From assembly GCA_039586365.1 (NCBI GenBank), contig JBDHKN010000097.1:1-19189 (forward strand): a stretch of 19,189 nucleotides of DNA. The letters are read 5' to 3'. This document shows, piece by piece, positions 17,477 to 19,189 of this stretch. The notes below the pieces were generated by a model. The model was not told where the DNA came from. It did no database searches and worked only from the letters and a program-made list of their open reading frames with translations. Source of the stretch: Gemmatimonadota bacterium. Its GTDB lineage: Bacteria > Gemmatimonadota > Gemmatimonadetes > Gemmatimonadales > GWC2-71-9. A program made the translations under genes and the position numbers. The number at the start of each line of letters is the position of its first letter. The first letter of the stretch is position 1.

Positions 17477-18208
17477 ATGAAAACAGCTGTGCTTGCCAGA
17501 TTGGCTGCTCTTGCTGCAGCAACGGCACTGGTCCCAGGAGCATGTACCGATGGCACCGGTCTGCAATATGGGGCAGCAGAGGTGCGGGTCACCCTGCAGC
17601 AGGCCACCGACGCCATTGCAGCACAGGTGGTCGCCGGGCCTGAGCTGGCTCCGGATGATGCAGCGGGACGAGTTCCCCGGGAGAACGTCGTGTCGCTTAC
17701 GGTGACGGTGACCGGTGTCGCAATTCTGCCACAGTGCGAAGAGGCGGGAGAGGGCAGCGGTGACGGACAGTGCGAGGACCTCTGGATTCCACTCGATCTC
17801 GTCCTTGAGGATGGGGTGACTGGAGTCACTCTCAACCTGATGGAGCTACCCAGCGAAGACGCATCACCGATCCTGCTCGCCGCAGCTGACGTACCGGAAG
17901 GCGAGTACCACAAGGTCCGCCTGTTCATCTCGGACGCCTTCGTCGTCTTCGCAGAGGAATTCACAGTAGGTCAATCAGTGTTCCTGCCAGGGGATCCCAT
18001 TGAAGTGGAGATCCCGTCGTCCCAGAACAGCGGTATCAAAGCCGACATCGACCTGGTGGTGGGCGAGGGCAACGTGGAGGATGTGGCGCTGCTGTTCGAC
18101 GCCGATGCTACGTTCAGACATGTGGTAGGCACCGGCAGCGGACGGGTGCTGATGCCGCCCGTGCTCAAGGCGCGGCCGATGAATCAGAATCACAATCAGA
18201 ACGGGTAG
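17477..18208 (+). CDS. DUF4382-like lipoprotein
   Basis: Lipobox VPGAC. SLTVTVTGV..LNLMEL..VPEGEYHKVRLFI..IPSSQNSGIK..LLFDADATF..MPPVL pattern as seen in DUF4382 proteins. Confidence 0.72.
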   Translation: MKTAVLARLAALAAATALVPGACTDGTGLQYGAAEVRVTLQQATDAIAAQVVAGPELAPDDAAGRVPRENVVSLTVTVTGVAILPQCEEAGEGSGDGQCEDLWIPLDLVLEDGVTGVTLNLMELPSEDASPILLAAADVPEGEYHKVRLFISDAFVVFAEEFTVGQSVFLPGDPIEVEIPSSQNSGIKADIDLVVGEGNVEDVALLFDADATFRHVVGTGSGRVLMPPVLKARPMNQNHNQNG

Positions 18209-18252
18209 CTGACAGCCAGCAACCGTCAGCTGTCAGTCCTAAGCCAGGAGAT

Positions 18253-18296
18253 ATCAGCCGCCAGCGATTCGCAGTCCACGATCGCTGGCGGCTGAT
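18253..18296. terminator. Perfect 16-bp inverted repeat between convergent genes (probable bidirectional terminator)
   Basis: ATCAGCCGCCAGCGAT (18253-18268), 12-nt loop, ATCGCTGGCGGCTGAT (18281-18296), then TGTT. Confidence 0.7.
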
Positions 18297-18392
18297 TGTT
18301 GACTGCCAGTCAAGGCGTTATCTAGTATTGACTTATGGCCAACGCTCTCATGTTACACTTTAAGTCTATAGCTCTCAGCTCTCAGCTCCCAG

Positions 18393-19016
18393 CTAGTAGT
18401 TGCGACCTCCAACTACGGTCAGTTCAGCAACATGCAGATTCAGATTGTGATTGACCCTGAGCCCAACCACCCCGTCCGTTGCTAGCTCGGCCCGCGGTAT
18501 TGCCGTCACGTTCACGCCGTTGACGAGGAAATCGATCTCGTTCGGCCCGACTTCGATTTCCAGCACGTTCTTGGCTGTACCCTCTCCGCCATCGTGCTGT
18601 ACTATTGCCGAGTGCGCCGTCCAGGGCTGGATCGTGGAGGTCTCAGCTCCCCGGCGCAGTTTTATCAGGTACTGTCCATCTTTCCGGATGAGGAAATACA
18701 GGTAGGACTGGTCGTCGTCGGCCAGATTCCGGCCGCCCAGGAATACACCGAATCCCTCCCGTCGTTCGCCAGGAAACAGGAAGATCTCGGACTTGATCCG
18801 GTACTCACCGGCAGCGGTCTGGGCCGGATGGTACAGAATGCTTGCTGGACCCGTCGTGACATGCCAGCCGGGTGTCATGGTGACGAAATAGAGGGTGGAA
18901 TCCGGCATACTGGGCTGGTCGAACCGAACCTGCCAGCCGCTGGGGCGCTCCAGTTCCTGAGCCAACAGGCTTGGTGTGACGCCAAGCAACACGAGTGCGG
19001 CGGTGGCTAGTCGCAT
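18393..19016 (-). CDS. Secreted concanavalin-A-like beta-sandwich protein (DUF1080-like)
   Basis: RBS AGGGAGA, ATG 19016, signal peptide MRLATAALVLLGVTPSLLA. Beta-rich GFGVFLGG..YLYFLIRKDGQYLI..NVLEIEV..FLVNG..GVVGLRVNH. The ORF-track extension to 19172 is repeat-derived. Confidence 0.72.
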   Translation of the reverse strand: MRLATAALVLLGVTPSLLAQELERPSGWQVRFDQPSMPDSTLYFVTMTPGWHVTTGPASILYHPAQTAAGEYRIKSEIFLFPGERREGFGVFLGGRNLADDDQSYLYFLIRKDGQYLIKLRRGAETSTIQPWTAHSAIVQHDGGEGTAKNVLEIEVGPNEIDFLVNGVNVTAIPRAELATDGVVGLRVNHNLNLHVAELTVVGGRNY

Positions 19017-19122
19017 GGTGGTCTCCCTGAATTCGAGTATGGTCCGTAGCGTTGCTGCGAAGCCCGCATAGTCTCGGGTGCGACCAAGAACCGCAAGTGC
19101 CAGCGGGGTTGTCAGGCAGCCG

Positions 19123-19189
19123 AGCGCTGTTGGTCCCGCAGGGCGCGTTGGGGCGGTGTGGTCTCGGCGCACTCGATGGCTGTGTTGTG
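19123..19189. repeat. Structured dispersed repeat, copy 3 (truncated by window end)
   Basis: GTTGGTCCCGCAGGGCGCG..GGGGCGGTGTGGTCTCGGCGCACTCGATGGCTGTG matches copies 1 and 2. Confidence 0.85.

Overview
GC-rich bacterial window whose gene content suggests Gemmatimonadota (inference). It is dominated by exported and envelope proteins: the 3' part of a SusC/RagA TonB-dependent receptor, a frameshifted SusD/RagB lipoprotein, a small lipoprotein, an M14 carboxypeptidase, a CBM9/DUF5916-type outer-membrane protein, a secreted CotH-kinase-like protein and a Tat-type M20 amidohydrolase. The most notable part is 12.3-18.2 kb, an apparently self-contained ECF sigma-factor regulon. An ECF sigma is translationally coupled to a membrane anti-sigma-like protein with a periplasmic glycogen-binding (CBM48/AMPK-type) domain, a secreted helical protein and a beta-barrel-like protein with a second CBM48. 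A divergent arm encodes a Gln/Met-rich coiled-coil protein, a beta-barrel and a DUF4382-like lipoprotein. An identically spaced motif, CGTTACCT-N16-GTCT (CGTTACC-N17-GTCT), lies upstream of all three putative transcription units. Three families of intergenic repeats are also present: a ~600-bp inverted GGCGGTA/TACCGCC array with a miniature copy, a ~140-bp structured dispersed element in 3 copies, and 7-bp-period GCTGACA repeats just after stop codons.
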